NCBI GenBank assembly: GCA_951406725.2
Contig: OX597836.1
Location: forward strand, 11,532,001 to 11,596,000
Reading direction: 5' to 3'
Source of the DNA: Octopus vulgaris
Taxonomy: Eukaryota
Length of the DNA: 64,000 nt
Under the pieces are notes generated by a model. It made no database searches. It was not told where the DNA came from and worked only from the letters and a program-made list of their open reading frames with translations. Positions within the stretch are counted from its first letter, which is position 1. The number at the start of each line of letters is the position of its first letter. Positions 27,387-41,549 of the stretch are shown piece by piece. Position numbers and translations under genes: made by a program.

Positions 27387-28204
27387 AGTGTATGTGAGTG
27401 TGTGTATGTGTGTGTGCGTGTGTGCGGCGCGCATGCGTATATACGTCTATTTAAAGCAGGGATGTAACCAAGTGGAAATTGTATTAGCTTTTATATCTCA
27501 AGTTCCATAATACCGTGGCCCTTTCATTGTGTTCTGCCAACTCAATTCATTTTACGCGCTTTAATTGGCGGGTCGAGGCACAAAGACTAAAAAAGGGACA
27601 AATAACACAAACTATTAACCCTCCTCTCTCAATTTAAAACCCGGTCGTAGCCACAATGTATTCACGTAACCTATTTTACTGGTTTAAGTGTTCAGGGCCG
27701 AGAGCATCGATCGACGAATAACGAAACTTCAGTACCAGCGCCACCATTCGAACTGCCCTTTCGTTAACAGTAACAAAGAGTGTTATTACGACCTGTATGT
27801 AACTTTACACGGTATCACGTCGTTAAGAAATTAATCCCTTATATCAGATGTTTACATCGAATATCAGGTGATAAGAACAGGAAGGAATATATCTGTTCTA
27901 GTTTTGTTAAGCTTCCTCTGTCAACCAGACAGGAACGTGTGACATAGAGCAGTTCAGAGCGACGACAAAAGAGACACAGACGATAGTAATTCTATAAAGC
28001 ATATGATATCGATATACTAGGGAATGTGTGGAGCCGTATGGTCCTCAAGAAGAGAGGCACCTAACTATTGACCTCAAAACCGCCATCACCGCCTCCGCTT
28101 CCACAGTCATCTCACTGCCGCTACTGTCTCCTGTCGTGGCCACTGCCAGTATCACCAACATGTTTCCGGTATATTCACAAATAAACTTTACATATATATA
28201 TATA

Positions 28205-28294
28205 TTGGGTTGTCCGGAAAGTTCGTGCCGATTTTTAAAGGAAAGAATAAGGTCAATAAATACTTGGAATTACATTTTTAATCAACCAAATATA
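28205..28294 (-). mobile_element. Duplicated mariner 3' end (TIR + ~60 bp)
   Basis: TA|ttgggttgtccggaaagttcgtgccgatttttaaagg...aatcaaccaaata is repeated, with a damaged TIR, at 28451-28546. Confidence 0.8.
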
Positions 28295-28296
28295 TA

Positions 28297-28426
28297 CGTC
28301 ACTAGGGTGACTAAGGGTAACTAATCAGCACATGTATTGCTAGAAATAAGAGTCAAAACAACTTGATCTGTGTTGACTCTTATTTCCATCAAGTGCTGAT
28401 GAGTGACCTTAGGCACTTTAGTGACG
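28297..28426. mobile_element. 130-bp hairpin MITE with TA flanks
   Basis: Imperfect inverted arms cgtcacta..gtg.ctaagg..act.atcagcac...gaaataagagtcaa / ttgactcttatttc...gtgctgat.agt..ccttag.cac..tagtgacg. TA on both sides. Confidence 0.75.
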
Positions 28427-28450
28427 TATATATATATATATATATATATA

Positions 28451-28985
28451 TTGGGTGTGTCCGTGTATAATATTGTTCCTGCCGATTTTTAAAGGAAACA
28501 AAAAGGTCAATAAATACTTGCCATTACATTTTTAATCAACCAAATATGAACGATTTTGTTGCACAATGCGTCTCTATCTTTCATTTAACTTGAAAATACC
28601 CTCTTCCCAGAATTGAGGTGGTTTCATGGCAAAGAATTCATCAAAGTATCTTTTTACGTCATCCAAGGAATTGAAATTTTTACCATTAAGATTACTCTGC
28701 AGAGACCCGAAGAAGTGGAAATCTGAAGGAGCAATATCTGGTGAATATGGAGGGTGGAGTAACACATCCCAGCCGAGCTGCAGCAATTTTTGTCTGGTTC
28801 CCAAACCATCAAGTGCCGAAAATGAACTTTCTTATCTTCTGTTTTAAAGGGTTATAGAATTAACACAGGTTATAGGAACATAAACCTTCTTCCATGAAAA
28901 GATAGCTTAAACTGTGCTCTAAATGGAGGTGTAATCAAATCCTATTTTATGGACTCAACCATGTTCTAAAATAAGTCGAAAGGTG
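28451..28985 (-). pseudogene. Internally deleted mariner transposase (N-terminus fused to C-terminus)
   Basis: C-terminal TRQKLLQLGWDVLLHPPYSPDIAPSDFHFF (YSPDxAPSD motif). Immediately upstream, in another frame, is EDKKVHFRHLMVWE, a mariner N-terminus. In-frame stop near the end. 5' TIR not found. Confidence 0.9.
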
Positions 28986-29108
28986 AATAAAGACTATTAT
29001 ATAGATTACGGTTAGAAACGGAGGCAGTTGTATATGCGAATGACCATCCCCAAATTAAGGAATCGAACACATAATTTTTTTTTTATCTACTCAATTCCCT
29101 AATTGTTG

Positions 29109-29146
<38 letters not shown>

Positions 29147-29148
29147 AA

Positions 29149-29394
29149 ATGCGCCCTTTTAAAACCTAGCCAGGTTCATGGGCCCGGTTTCCCGGTTTCT
29201 ATGGTGTATGTATTTCCCAGCTGGACGGGACGCCAGTCCATCGCAGCGTTACTCATTTTTTGCCAGCTGAGTGGACTGGAGCAACGTGAAATGAAGTGTT
29301 TTGCTCAAGAACACAACGCGTCGCCCGGTCCAGGAATCGAAACCACAATCTTACGATCATGATGCTGACACCCTAACCATTAAACCACGCGCCT

Positions 29395-29396
<2 letters not shown>
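29149..29396 (-). mobile_element. SINE family D (CORE-type), full length, tail type 3
   Basis: Minus strand: ggaggcgcgtggtttaatggttagggtg...gtttcgattcctgg...ttgagcaaaacacttcatttcacgttgctccagtccactcagctg...gagtaacgctgcgatggactggcgtcccgtccagctggg. Confidence 0.9.
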
Positions 29397-29455
<59 letters not shown>

Positions 29456-29526
29456 TGTATATATATTAATACATTGTTTGTACTCCACCTGCCTTCGTCT
29501 TTTGTTTATTTTCGTAAACCTTCCCG

Positions 29527-29663
<137 letters not shown>

Positions 29664-29881
29664 GAGATGTTTTCATCCAAGGAAATACCAAGTATATTGG
29701 GAGAAGCAATTTCCTTTGAATAATAGGTATATATATAAAGCGTACAGTTTATCTTCATTTAAAAGAAGAAAACAAAATGAAGATTAGAAAATTGACAATT
29801 ATCCATTATTAAAACAATTATTAACTTCCTAATCACCATTTTCTTTTCTTCTCAGACGTCGAAACGTCTAGAGGTGTTTTT

Positions 29882-29959
<78 letters not shown>

Positions 29960-30224
29960 ATCTTTTCTCTTTTCAGAAAAAATATCTCTCCCAGCGTTCA
30001 CTATTCTCCTTTCCTTCCGGTCTAACGACCCTCCATGTCTGTTTTCGTTCGGTTTCTTTCTATGTCTCTACTATTATTTTCTTCTTCCCAACTTTGACCC
30101 TTCATAAATCCAAAATTTTACTTTAGAATTTATGGGACCAACTATCTTTGAAAACTCATATTGTCGTTTGAATGCTCGAAATGAGGAGTAGATCGACAAC
30201 CGACAACTGATAAAGGGTCTTTTC

Positions 30225-30372
30225 TCTGTGTTAACTTTTCCTGTTTTCCATTTTCTCCCGTTGTTTACGTATTTCACACGTTTTTGTCCTGTAATTACTG
30301 TCCATGTCTTGCATCTATCTCTCGTGTGTATGTTATTTGCACCGCTGCTGACGTCCTGTAACCATATGCATC

Positions 30373-30406
<34 letters not shown>

Positions 30407-30560
30407 GTCTTCCCTTCTCTGGATCTTTCCTTCTCCTATATTTCCAACGAAGAGCTCCGCTCGAAACGTTAAACCCTCCTTCTTTCCTATTTCCTGAGCA
30501 TCCAGTGATACTATATTTGTTCCACGTCCTCGAGTTGTTGTGTTTTTTTGTGCTTTATAT
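30225..30560 (+). mobile_element. Penelope-like pLTR fragment with a decayed hammerhead (30441-30473)
   Basis: ttt-CCAACGA-a-gagc-tcc-gctc-GAAA-cgt-t-aaa: intact stem II and palindromic acgt stem III, but the CUGAnGA box is mutated. Confidence 0.55.
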
Positions 30561-30584
30561 ATATATAGCTTTATATATATATAG

Positions 30585-30628
<44 letters not shown>

Positions 30629-30646
30629 CTTTATATATATATATAA

Positions 30647-30685
<39 letters not shown>

Positions 30686-31409
30686 GATGAGTTTTCACAC
30701 AATTTCATATGCCAGGTTAACTTGCAAAGGTTTGATCGGCCCCCCGGAGCTATGGTAGAACACGGTTACCCATATAAACCGCGCAGTGGGACCAAAAGCC
30801 GAAACAACGTCGCTACAATGAAAGCTTTGCTATTATTGCTGTTACCGTTGCAATTATCGTTAGAAAAGCAAAGCACGCGAGAACAAAAGCTCAAAAGCAA
30901 AAAGAAAAAAAAGAAACATAAAACAAACAAAAAGAGAAAGGAATAAGAAAGAAAGAAGAAAACGGATTAGGAAAAGAAAGGAAAATAAACTCAATTACAT
31001 AGTCTCTTTAACGCCAACACTCGAACCCTTTACGTCACTTCCTGTGAATAACTGCTCGAGCGCTGGAACTAACGCTCCCAAAATATGGAAGGTTGTATAG
31101 TATTGTTATCGTTTTCGGTTACAATATGAGCTTATTCACAGTATGTGTGGCTTCTTATTGAATAGCATCCGTAAACAATATATCGCAAAATGATTGCAAA
31201 CGACAGAATGGTGGTTCTTTCGTAACGTCCGTTGTTAACTATCATTGAATATCCGTTTATTATGATCCAATTTCACCAATGACTAGTTAAATATCGAGAT
31301 CCCGATAACACAAGACGTATTTCATGTATGTAGAAAATGAAATTAGTGTGGTATATATTATGCAACATGAAAGTATCAGAGATATTGATATATTTTGTAC
31401 ATGTGTGCG

Positions 31410-31723
31410 CGTGCATGTATGTATGTATGTGTGTATGTATGTATGTATGTATGTATGTATGTATGTATGTATGTATGTATGTATGTATATATGTATGTAT
31501 GTATATATCTATGTAAGTATATATTTATGTATATATGTATGTATGTATGTATATATGTATCTATGTATGTATATATGTATGTATATATGTATGTATATAT
31601 GTATGTATATATGTATGTGTATATTTATGTATATATGTATGTATGTATGTATGTATGTTTATATATATATGTATGTATGTATGTTTATATATATATGTAT
31701 GTATGTATGTATGTATATTTATG

Positions 31724-31757
<34 letters not shown>

Positions 31758-31760
31758 TGT

Positions 31761-31797
<37 letters not shown>

Positions 31798-31810
31798 TGT
31801 ATATATACAT
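31410..31810. repeat. (TATG)n/(TA)n compound array
   Basis: Directly visible. Confidence 0.95.
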
Positions 31811-32008
31811 ACAGGCACAAACACACAAGCACACACAGACATATACACGCGTTCTTATACACATTGTTCTTTTGGGCATTAAGTTTTGTTGCATTGTTTA
31901 TTTGTTTTGTTATTGAGTATATAAATCGCCCCACCCGCCCTCCAAATGCTTATCAGTCTGCCTGACTGTCTGTCCCCCCTCTCTCTCCCTATATATATAA
32001 TATATATA

Positions 32009-32050
<42 letters not shown>

Positions 32051-32115
32051 CATACACTTATATACATATATACATACATACATACATATGCACACATACT
32101 CACATATATATATGC

Positions 32116-32151
<36 letters not shown>

Positions 32152-32371
32152 TTGTATAGATGTATGCTTATACACACGTGCATACGTATACACGCTCACA
32201 TATGCATGCACACACACACCTGTACTGGTAAGGCTGGTTATGTATTAACAAGGAAAATGCACATGTATACACACGAGTATAAACATATAATTATATACAT
32301 ATAAAGGCACATCTATGTGCGAGTGTATAATGTATGTATGTATATATGCATATATTTATATATTATTTATT

Positions 32372-32404
<33 letters not shown>

Positions 32405-32623
32405 GTATATATGCATACATTTATATATTATTTATATATATATATATGTACGTATGTATGTATATATGTGTGTGTGTATGTATATGTATATATATATATT
32501 TATGTACGTATGTATGTATATATATATATATGTATGTATATATATGTTTGTACGTATATATGTATATATAGGTACGTATGTCTATGTATATGTACACACA
32601 GACACATGTATATGTACTTGTGA

Positions 32624-32675
<52 letters not shown>

Positions 32676-33371
32676 GCACACACACGCCCATGCAGGTAGG
32701 TACACATGTACTCAAACACACTCATACACACACACACACTCACAGTGTTCCCTCTATATTTATCTCTGCATTGGCAATTCACGCATAAATGTCTGCCTAC
32801 GAATGAATCAACGGCCGAACGAATGAATGTACGCAAACATAAACGCCGGAGACAAGCACTAGAATTTTCCGAATAACATTGGCCCTAATGATATAGCATG
32901 TATTTGTCAAAATAAAGTATTTGTATAAGTTATTATGAACAACAACCTTTCATTGTCCGCTGTTACTGATATTCAGATAAAACACCTTTATCGCGCTCGT
33001 CCAATAGAAAATACATCAGCAACTGGTCCCGCTTTGAACTAAAATGTAGATGCGGTTCTTTTCAATAATGTCACACAGAAAGCCATTGTTCTCGTATTCT
33101 CTCTTTTCTAACATAGATTCCTTTTCATCCAAATGTAAGATGAGAATTTTCGTCATTTTGCCGGAATGGTTGTTGCGTAATAGTTGGGCGAAAATGTATA
33201 GCTACGGGAAAGTGTGTATGTTTGTTGTAACCTGCTTATCTACACTCCTCTTCTACATACACACACACTCTCTCTCTCTCACTCTCACACTCTCTCTCTC
33301 TCCATATATATGTGTATGTGTATGCGTATATATAATATATATATATATATATGTGTGTGTGTGTATGTATA

Positions 33372-33419
<48 letters not shown>

Positions 33420-33544
33420 TTTATAACCATACGCATCCCTGAATAACAAAATGACGTATATCTATATATGCATGTGTACATACATATGTTTGTATCTACC
33501 TACTTACCTACCTATCTACCTACCTACCTACCTACCTACCTACA

Positions 33545-33576
<32 letters not shown>

Positions 33577-33673
33577 CATATATATGTGCACATGTTTACG
33601 AGGGAAAGACAGAAGTGAAAAGAAGCTTTATCAACAGATGTATTCATCTATCTATCTATTTCAATCTATCTAT

Positions 33674-33730
<57 letters not shown>

Positions 33731-34445
33731 CATGCATCCATCTACCTAGCTATCTGTCTAACTATTTATCTATTTAGCTATTTGTGTGTCTGTTTGTCTA
33801 CCTACCCCTCACTCTCTCTCTCTCTCTTTCTCTCTCTTTCCCATAAATATAACGTAGATATATTTCTATAGACATACGTACACACACACACACACACACA
33901 CAAATACGCACACAAATAACATCCTTGCATAACCGATTGCAGTACCACAACATGGCTACCGCCTCCAGATAAGACAAATAAAATACACACATGTTTGCTT
34001 ATTTGTGTATGCACGCACTCACATACGACACTTAATTCAATTCACCGCCTACCATCTATACAGGAATACATACATGCAAACATATATATATATATATTTA
34101 TGAATAATTCACAAAACTATCTTTCATCTGGCTCGTATAAAATGGCGGTTTTTGAAAAGGAACCAACTCTCTTTACTTGTTCTCTTAATATTTTCCCCTT
34201 TGAATTTCATAAAATTTCTCATTATTTTTGCTGTGATCTAACTACCAACTGTAGTGAACTAGAACAGCATATGAAATGTGGTTTTCCTTCCTTTAATTTA
34301 AACCCATCTTTTTTTCTTCTTTTTTTATTTATTCAAAACAGTGTATACGATGTTACGAGCATATTGTAACACATCGGAATGCGTAAAGCTGGAAATGAAG
34401 CTATGCTCCTAGTGTATCTAATCTACATTATCTAAGGCTACTTTC

Positions 34446-34501
<56 letters not shown>

Positions 34502-34504
34502 TAA

Positions 34505-34942
34505 TGGTTTAAAAGTTTGGTACAAGTCCAGCAGTTCGTGGGAGGTTGTAAGTCGATTACATCGACCTCAGTACTCAAATGGTATTTATTTTATCGACCC
34601 TGAAAAGATGAAAGGCGAAGTCGACCTCGGGGGAATTTGAACTCAGAACGTAAAGACAGACGAAATGCCACTAAGCGTTTTGCGCGGATCAGTAACGATT
34701 CCGTCAGCTCGATGTATTGCATAATAATAATGATAATAACGATTTTAAACTTTAGCAATTTGGGGGAGGGAATTAGTCGATTAAATCGACCCAAGTGTTC
34801 AGTTGGTGCTTATTTCTCAACCTCGAAGGGATGAGAGGCAGGTCGAATTTGGGGGAATTTGAACTCAAGTCGTAAAGACAGACAAAATGCCGCTAAGAAT
34901 TTTTCGGGTGTGCTAACGATTTTATCTGCTCACTGTCTAAGC

Positions 34943-34993
<51 letters not shown>

Positions 34994-35215
34994 TCCTTTT
35001 TGTTATCGGCTCGAAGCCTGGAATTTTGTGGAAGGAACGAGTCTATCACATCGATATCGATCCCAGGACTTAACTGGTTTTTATTTTATCGATTCGGAAA
35101 GGATAAAAAGCAAAGTCGACCTCGGCGGGATTTGAACTCAGAAACTAAAGAGCCGGAAAAATGTTGCTTAGTATTTTGACCGGTGGGCTAACGAATCAGC
35201 CAGCTCGCTGTCTTT
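34505..35215 (-). mobile_element. Three decayed SINE-B copies (tail B2) interspersed with (AAT)n
   Basis: gtcgacctcgg.ggaatttgaactcag motif at ~34620, 34842 and 35115. Confidence 0.85.
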
Positions 35216-35639
35216 CGCGAAGACAATGATGCCTCATTTTTTTCTATTCTGTAAAAATGTGTTGCAAATGGTAAAAAAAAAAAAAGACATAGACAACAAG
35301 CTTCTACACAATTTCCGGCTATCTAATTCATTCACGAGATATTGATTTATCTGTCGCTATAGAAGAATACACTTACTCCAGGTGCTGCGTTGTGGGACTG
35401 AACACGACACAACAAAGCTGCAAAGCAAGCTCCATAACCACACAGCCATGATATGTATGATGTACATTCCAAAGGGTAATTATGTTGATAAGAAAACAAA
35501 AACCATTTCACAATAGCGCTAGAAAAAAGACAGCGGTCGGCCTCTCACCTGAACATAAAATCGTAGCTCCACCCTTTCAGTTTCTTTGAAGGAAAGCTTA
35601 AAGGAATGAAATGAGTCATAGATTGATGAAGAATTTTAC

Positions 35640-35708
35640 CTGGAATCGAGCGGACCACATCTGGTTTCCATATCCGCCAACTACATTCCTTTACAGGGAG
35701 GGCGTCAT
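35640..35708 (-). CDS. Candidate 69-nt spliced exon of an unidentified host gene
   Basis: Minus strand: gtttcttttttacttttcactttAG|ATGACGCCC...GATTCCAG|GTaaaa. Length divisible by 3. One open frame (phase 1-1: DALPVKECSWRIWKPDVVRSIP), or a start exon METRCGPLDS. GC is higher than in the flanks. Product not recognised. Confidence 0.35.
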
Positions 35709-36281
35709 CTAAAGTGAAAAGTAAAAAAGAAACTTATCGTTAAAACAGTTTTAAGATTGTAATTATAAAAGAAAAATTGGTGAAATGATGTATTATAAAG
35801 ACTGCGAGTGTTTAGATAATAGCAGGAGACAAGAGTTAGGAAAAGAAACCTGGGCGAAAATAAAGAAAAGACAGAAAAAAATATCATATAGACGTTTTGA
35901 AATAAGTATGAAAAAGACAAAAAAATCAAACAGGCGGACCGGTTCTTTCGAAATAAATATGAATTTATTTTTGCATTTATTTGTTATTCTGTAAGATTCT
36001 TCAGATTAATCGTAACCAAATGGTTAAGTAAAGTTATTAAGATTATTATTTTACTTGATATAAACAGTATATTTTGATCGGTTTATTTTCATAACTTATT
36101 CTCTTCAAAACTAGTTTTGCACATTTGAATGTAATTAACTCAAATCTTGGCTGTCATTTGGCAGAGGATATGACTTGTTAATAAGTATCACTCTTTACGC
36201 TGGTCGTTTCAAGTACCGTCTTGACCCGCCAACCGTAGACCCAACAGAAAATCGAAGATGCGACGTCAAAGAGCGCGAGGA

Positions 36282-36340
<59 letters not shown>

Positions 36341-36364
36341 TGGGGAAAAGCATCACTAGTCAGG

Positions 36365-37160
36365 TGGCATTCATTTTCAGCAGAGTATACTGTAGCAAAG
36401 TAAAGTGCCTTGATTAAGGTCATGCATAACCGCGCTGTCCGGCCAGCGATTGAAACCGAGTCCGTGCCATCATGAGCCCAACATAATTTCAAAACTTTTG
36501 CCATAAAGGCACGATACAGAGTAGCTTGCGGTCTGGACAAAGACATTGATGGGGTGAATGATGATAAGGATGATATTAATGGGAGGAGACAAAAAAACGC
36601 CCGCCGATCCTTTGCTTCTCTAAAACATTATTCTCTTCTTTTTTTTTTTCGCAGAAAAAGACAAAACGAGGTAGTGAACCTCTTTCTTCAGTTTCACAAT
36701 TTTTGGACGAATAGTCCATTTAAGAATTGGGGCGTTAAACCTCTTAAACACAATAACATGCAAAAAGCATAATAAACATTATAACACTGAGGCTTTTCAA
36801 CCTCTTGTCATTATTCCTTCCCATCATCGCTTGTGCCCGTATACTCCACCATCCCCCATGCCTCATTGAAGATCAAGGCGGGATCCGAACCGGCGTCACC
36901 CGGCCAAAAGCGATATTCTTCATTGAGTCCCATCATGAGCCAACATGCTAACCACTAGACCACCTGGGTTCACACTGACCCTAATTAGTTCTCACCTTTA
37001 TCTGAAAATAACTCGAGAGCAGGTCCAGAAATCGAAACTAGGACCTTGCGACTATGACTAGCCATTAATTCCCACCTATGTAATATTCTGCCTGGTCCTA
37101 GAATCAAACTATCGATCTTGCAATCGTAAGCGGAACTTCCCTAACCACAAAGCCACAAGT
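36365..37160 (-). mobile_element. Several old tRNA-SINE head / CORE relics
   Basis: Decayed reverse B-box/A-box motifs (gattgaaacc, ggatccgaacc, gaaatcgaaac, gaatcaaac; ctaaccac) at ~36450, 36880, 37030 and 37100. Confidence 0.5.
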
Positions 37161-37987
37161 TTTTACACGGCACATAATTAGTTCTAACCTGTATTTGTTA
37201 TGCTGCACCACTAATATTATCAAAATAAAAATGGCTGCCATAAATCCTGTCTTCTTCACCTGAGATCAAAATGGCTAACCACCCGTGTATGGATACTTGC
37301 AATGGCGAAGAAAGATCAATCAAGCTATTCCTCTTACATTTGTACCCCACGAATCAATCATTCTGAACGTTAATTTTTTAACAGATTCCATTTCCATCAC
37401 TTAATATAACCTCATTTATTATTCTAGACTAATTCATCAACGTTTTTTACTGCTTCAGCAAATTTTATTCAGTACGCGCCCTATCGATAATTCTACCATC
37501 CGTCATATTGACAGTAGAAGGCAGGTGATTTTGTAGGCGCCATTTTAGCACAATACAGTGTCAAAGGTGAGCAAAAAAAATAACGAAAATACAAAACGAG
37601 AAACAGTGTCGTTTTGGGCGACCTTATCCATTTCCCAAGAAATCATGTCTAAAAATTAATTAAGGCACCTTGTAATGAAAAATTTCTCTTTTGTTACCTA
37701 ATTTGTCCAGTTCTTTTGCGAATTCAACTGATATTACACCAAAGAAGATGCATAATACAGATACAAATAGCAGCTGGATTTTATTCAACTCAGATTCTAC
37801 TCTCCTAAAAGAAAGAGGCAGGGATTACACGTGTATATCAAGAAAAAAGATTAAAAGGTGAAGTCGACCTAGGCGGAATTCGAACTCACAACATAAAGAT
37901 CTAGAAGACATATCACTAAGCATCTTGTCAAACGTACTAATGATTCTTCTTTCTACAATAGGCACAAGGCCTGAATTTTGTGGGGAG

Positions 37988-38092
37988 GCTCGAAACGTTA
38001 AAGACTTTTCCAATTCCCGAGCGTTATACTAGTACATCTGTTTGTTTTCTACACCACCTGTCTTCGTCTTTTGTTTTCGTGAATTCTCGCTA
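37988..38092 (+). mobile_element. Penelope-like pLTR 3' fragment starting at a half hammerhead
   Basis: gctcGAAAcgttaaa, as at 30459-30473. Downstream ccacctg.cttcgtcttttgttt..tcgt.aa also occurs at 29485-29520. Confidence 0.5.
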
Positions 38093-38104
38093 TATATACT
38101 ATTT

Positions 38105-38608
<504 letters not shown>

Positions 38609-38808
38609 TACAGTTGTAAAGAATCTCCACATAAAACTACTGCTAATCACAAGTAATCGACGAAAAGTAATGCGGAGGAAATGATGACTTAAGCAACCAC
38701 ATAAATTTCGTAACTACATTAAGCTTTTTCTTTTTTTTAATTATAAGTTTTTTTACCAGCATTTATTAGATGTTGTATTGCAGTTCTCCATCGCAATGCA
38801 AAGGGACG

Positions 38809-38840
<32 letters not shown>

Positions 38841-39181
38841 GATATAAAATATATATCAAATATATATATATTTATATATATATATATATGTATATAAATG
38901 ATATATGTATATATATATATTTTATATGTATATATATATATATATTATATATATATGTATATAATATATATATATATGTGTATATATATAATATAAAATA
39001 TATATCAAATATATATATATATATTATATATATAAATATATTTATATGTATATAAATATATTTTATATGTATATACATATATATATATATGTATGTATGT
39101 ATGTATATAATATATATATATGTATATATATAATACATATATATATATATATATATATACATAATATGTATATATATATTC

Positions 39182-39223
<42 letters not shown>

Positions 39224-39275
39224 CATACTTATAATTGCTATACCCACCTATATTATAATGTATTTAATATATCAT

Positions 39276-39307
<32 letters not shown>

Positions 39308-39794
39308 CGATACTTGATTGCTTCGTAAATCCTAACGCTGTGTCTGAGTGCTTGTTGCAATTATTCTAAATTTATTTACTGAAGAAGTGAGTGATATTAG
39401 ACGAATAAGGATCGCAAAGGAAATTAGATTATGAGAAAAAGTACAAAAATTCGGAATCAATTACGAAATATCATTTAGCAGCTACGAAGGTGTAGAGCTA
39501 GCAGAATCGTCAGCATGCCGGGCGACATGGTTAGTGATATTTCGTCTGTCCTGAGTTCAAATTCCGCCGTGGTAAACTTAGTATTTTATCCTTCCGGGGT
39601 CGATTAATTTAGTACCAGACAAGTAATGAGGCCAATATAATTAGCAATCTCTCCTCCGCTCAAATTCTAAGTCTTGTTCCTATAGGAGAAATGATTCTTT
39701 AGCAACTAGCAGAAAAAAAATGTCCTTCTCGGATTTGTTAAATAAATGAAGATCCCTTTCAGTCAGAAATAACCATGAGATTGCACCAGTATGA

Positions 39795-40047
39795 GCAAGG
39801 TTGTTTGTGGATGACCAGCAGTCACCCATGCATACCACCCTCCCCTTTCCATACCACTGATGTTATCCAAAGGAAAGGCAGACGCCGATACATCAACGCA
39901 CCAGGGACGTCACAAATCACTCCTACAGTCGAGCATTCCTGGAGCAACGTGAAATAAAATGTCATGGCTCCAGGACACAAGTCGCTGCAAGGAATCGAAC
40001 TCATGATCTTACTATCGTCAGCCGAATAACGAAACCGCAATGCCACA
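39795..40047 (-). mobile_element. Decayed SINE-D (CORE-type) with a fourth tail type
   Basis: ctggagcaacgtgaaataaaatgtc..gctc.aggacacaa...ggaatcgaactc matches 29277-29345. The 3' part is unrelated to tails 1-3. Confidence 0.65.
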
Positions 40048-40221
40048 GGATTTCACCTCTGATTAAAAAACAAAAAATTCGGCGATATCTCGGGAAAATT
40101 TCATTCTATTGAAAATGTATTCGCTTAAGATGGCATTCATTATGAAAGAGCGTGGCTTAGTGGTTAGTAGTGAGTTCGATTCCCAGACCGGGAACAAAAG
40201 AACAACACACATACTCTTTTT

Positions 40222-40616
40222 TTCTCTTTTACTCTTTTACTTGTTTCAGTCATTTGACTGCGGCCATGCTGGAGCACCGCCTTTAATCGAGCAACTCGAC
40301 CCCGGGACTTATTCTTTTTGTAAGCCCAGTACTTATTCTATCGGTCTCTTTTGCCGAACCGCTAAGTAACGGGGACATAAACACACCAGCATCGGTTGTC
40401 AAGCAATGCTAGAGGGACAAACACAGACACACAAACATATATATACATATATACGACAGGCTTCTTTCAGTTTCCGTCTACCAAATCCACTCACAAGGCT
40501 TTGGTCGGCCCGAAACTATAGCAGAAGACACTCGCCCAAGGTGCCACGCAGTAGGACTGAACCCGGAACCATGTGGTTGGTAGACAAGCTACTTACCACA
40601 CAGCCACTCCTGCGCC
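40222..40616 (-). mobile_element. SINE-A, full length
   Basis: Head ggcgcaggagtggctgtgtggtaagtagc on the minus strand; short internal TA tract; standard tail. Confidence 0.93.
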
Positions 40617-40712
40617 TATGTATATTTTGTTGTATATCGAGATACAAATAACACACGCACTATATATTCACTCTTCACTCCTTTATGTGGTTTTATTCTA
40701 ACTCATGTCCAT

Positions 40713-40757
40713 TGTCCAGAAATCTTTCGTCACACGTCTGTGGCCTCTTCAGCGACA
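40713..40757 (-). ncRNA. Hammerhead-ribozyme-like motif (type I), Penelope-like fragment
   Basis: Minus strand reads tgtcg-CTGAAGA-g-gccaca-gacg-tgtgac-GAAA-gattt-c-tggaca. Both core boxes are intact; stems are imperfect. Confidence 0.5.
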
Positions 40758-41229
40758 CTTTCCCTCTTCGCGTGTAGTCTTGCTCCGTTAAAGTCACAGA
40801 TGATCCGAGAATGGAACCTGCCATCACTAAAGCAACACCTTAAGCGCTAAGACACATACCTTTACCATAAAGTACACGTGTGTGTGAGAGTGTGCACGTA
40901 GCTATCTGTGTATGTAGGTATGTATAAATGGTTGTATTATATTTTTGAAGTCAAACCAATACAGTTTATAGAATTATTACAAGTTGAGAGTTTTACCTAG
41001 CATTTCGTTATTTCAGGTCTAGAATCTCTTCCTCCGAAAATCTTTGGAGAACAGTTGGAATAGGTTGACAGAGATTTCCTGGAGAATGGGTTGTAACCCA
41101 GATTTATCGAAACCCCTGGTAAAAACTATTAACCTGTTATAATTATGTAAGATGAAATGGATCGGCTTAAAAATTTATACTTAGAAACGTGCATGAGACA
41201 AATCTTCATGAAAACTATTCAAGCCTTAT

Positions 41230-41472
41230 ATGTGTGTCTGTGTATGTGTTTGTGAGTGTGTGTATTTGTCTTTGTATCTGTGTTTGATTCCATCACCGCT
41301 TGACAAAAGGTGTTGGTGTATTTACGTCCTCACTCATAATGTTGCAGTTCGTCCAAGCGGGACCCGTAGAACCAGGCTTAAAAATCCTTCAAGACTTGAA
41401 AACCCTTCAAGGCGGTGCACCAGCATGGCCGCAGTATAATAATCGAAATAAGTAAGAGATAAAAGATAAAAG
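41230..41472 (+). mobile_element. SINE-A 3' half, decayed
   Basis: ccgcttgacaaaaggtgttggtg...aaggcggtgcaccagcatggccgcagt. Confidence 0.75.
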
Positions 41473-41501
41473 ATACATGTATATGTATGTATATTTTTAT
41501 G

Positions 41502-41549
<48 letters not shown>

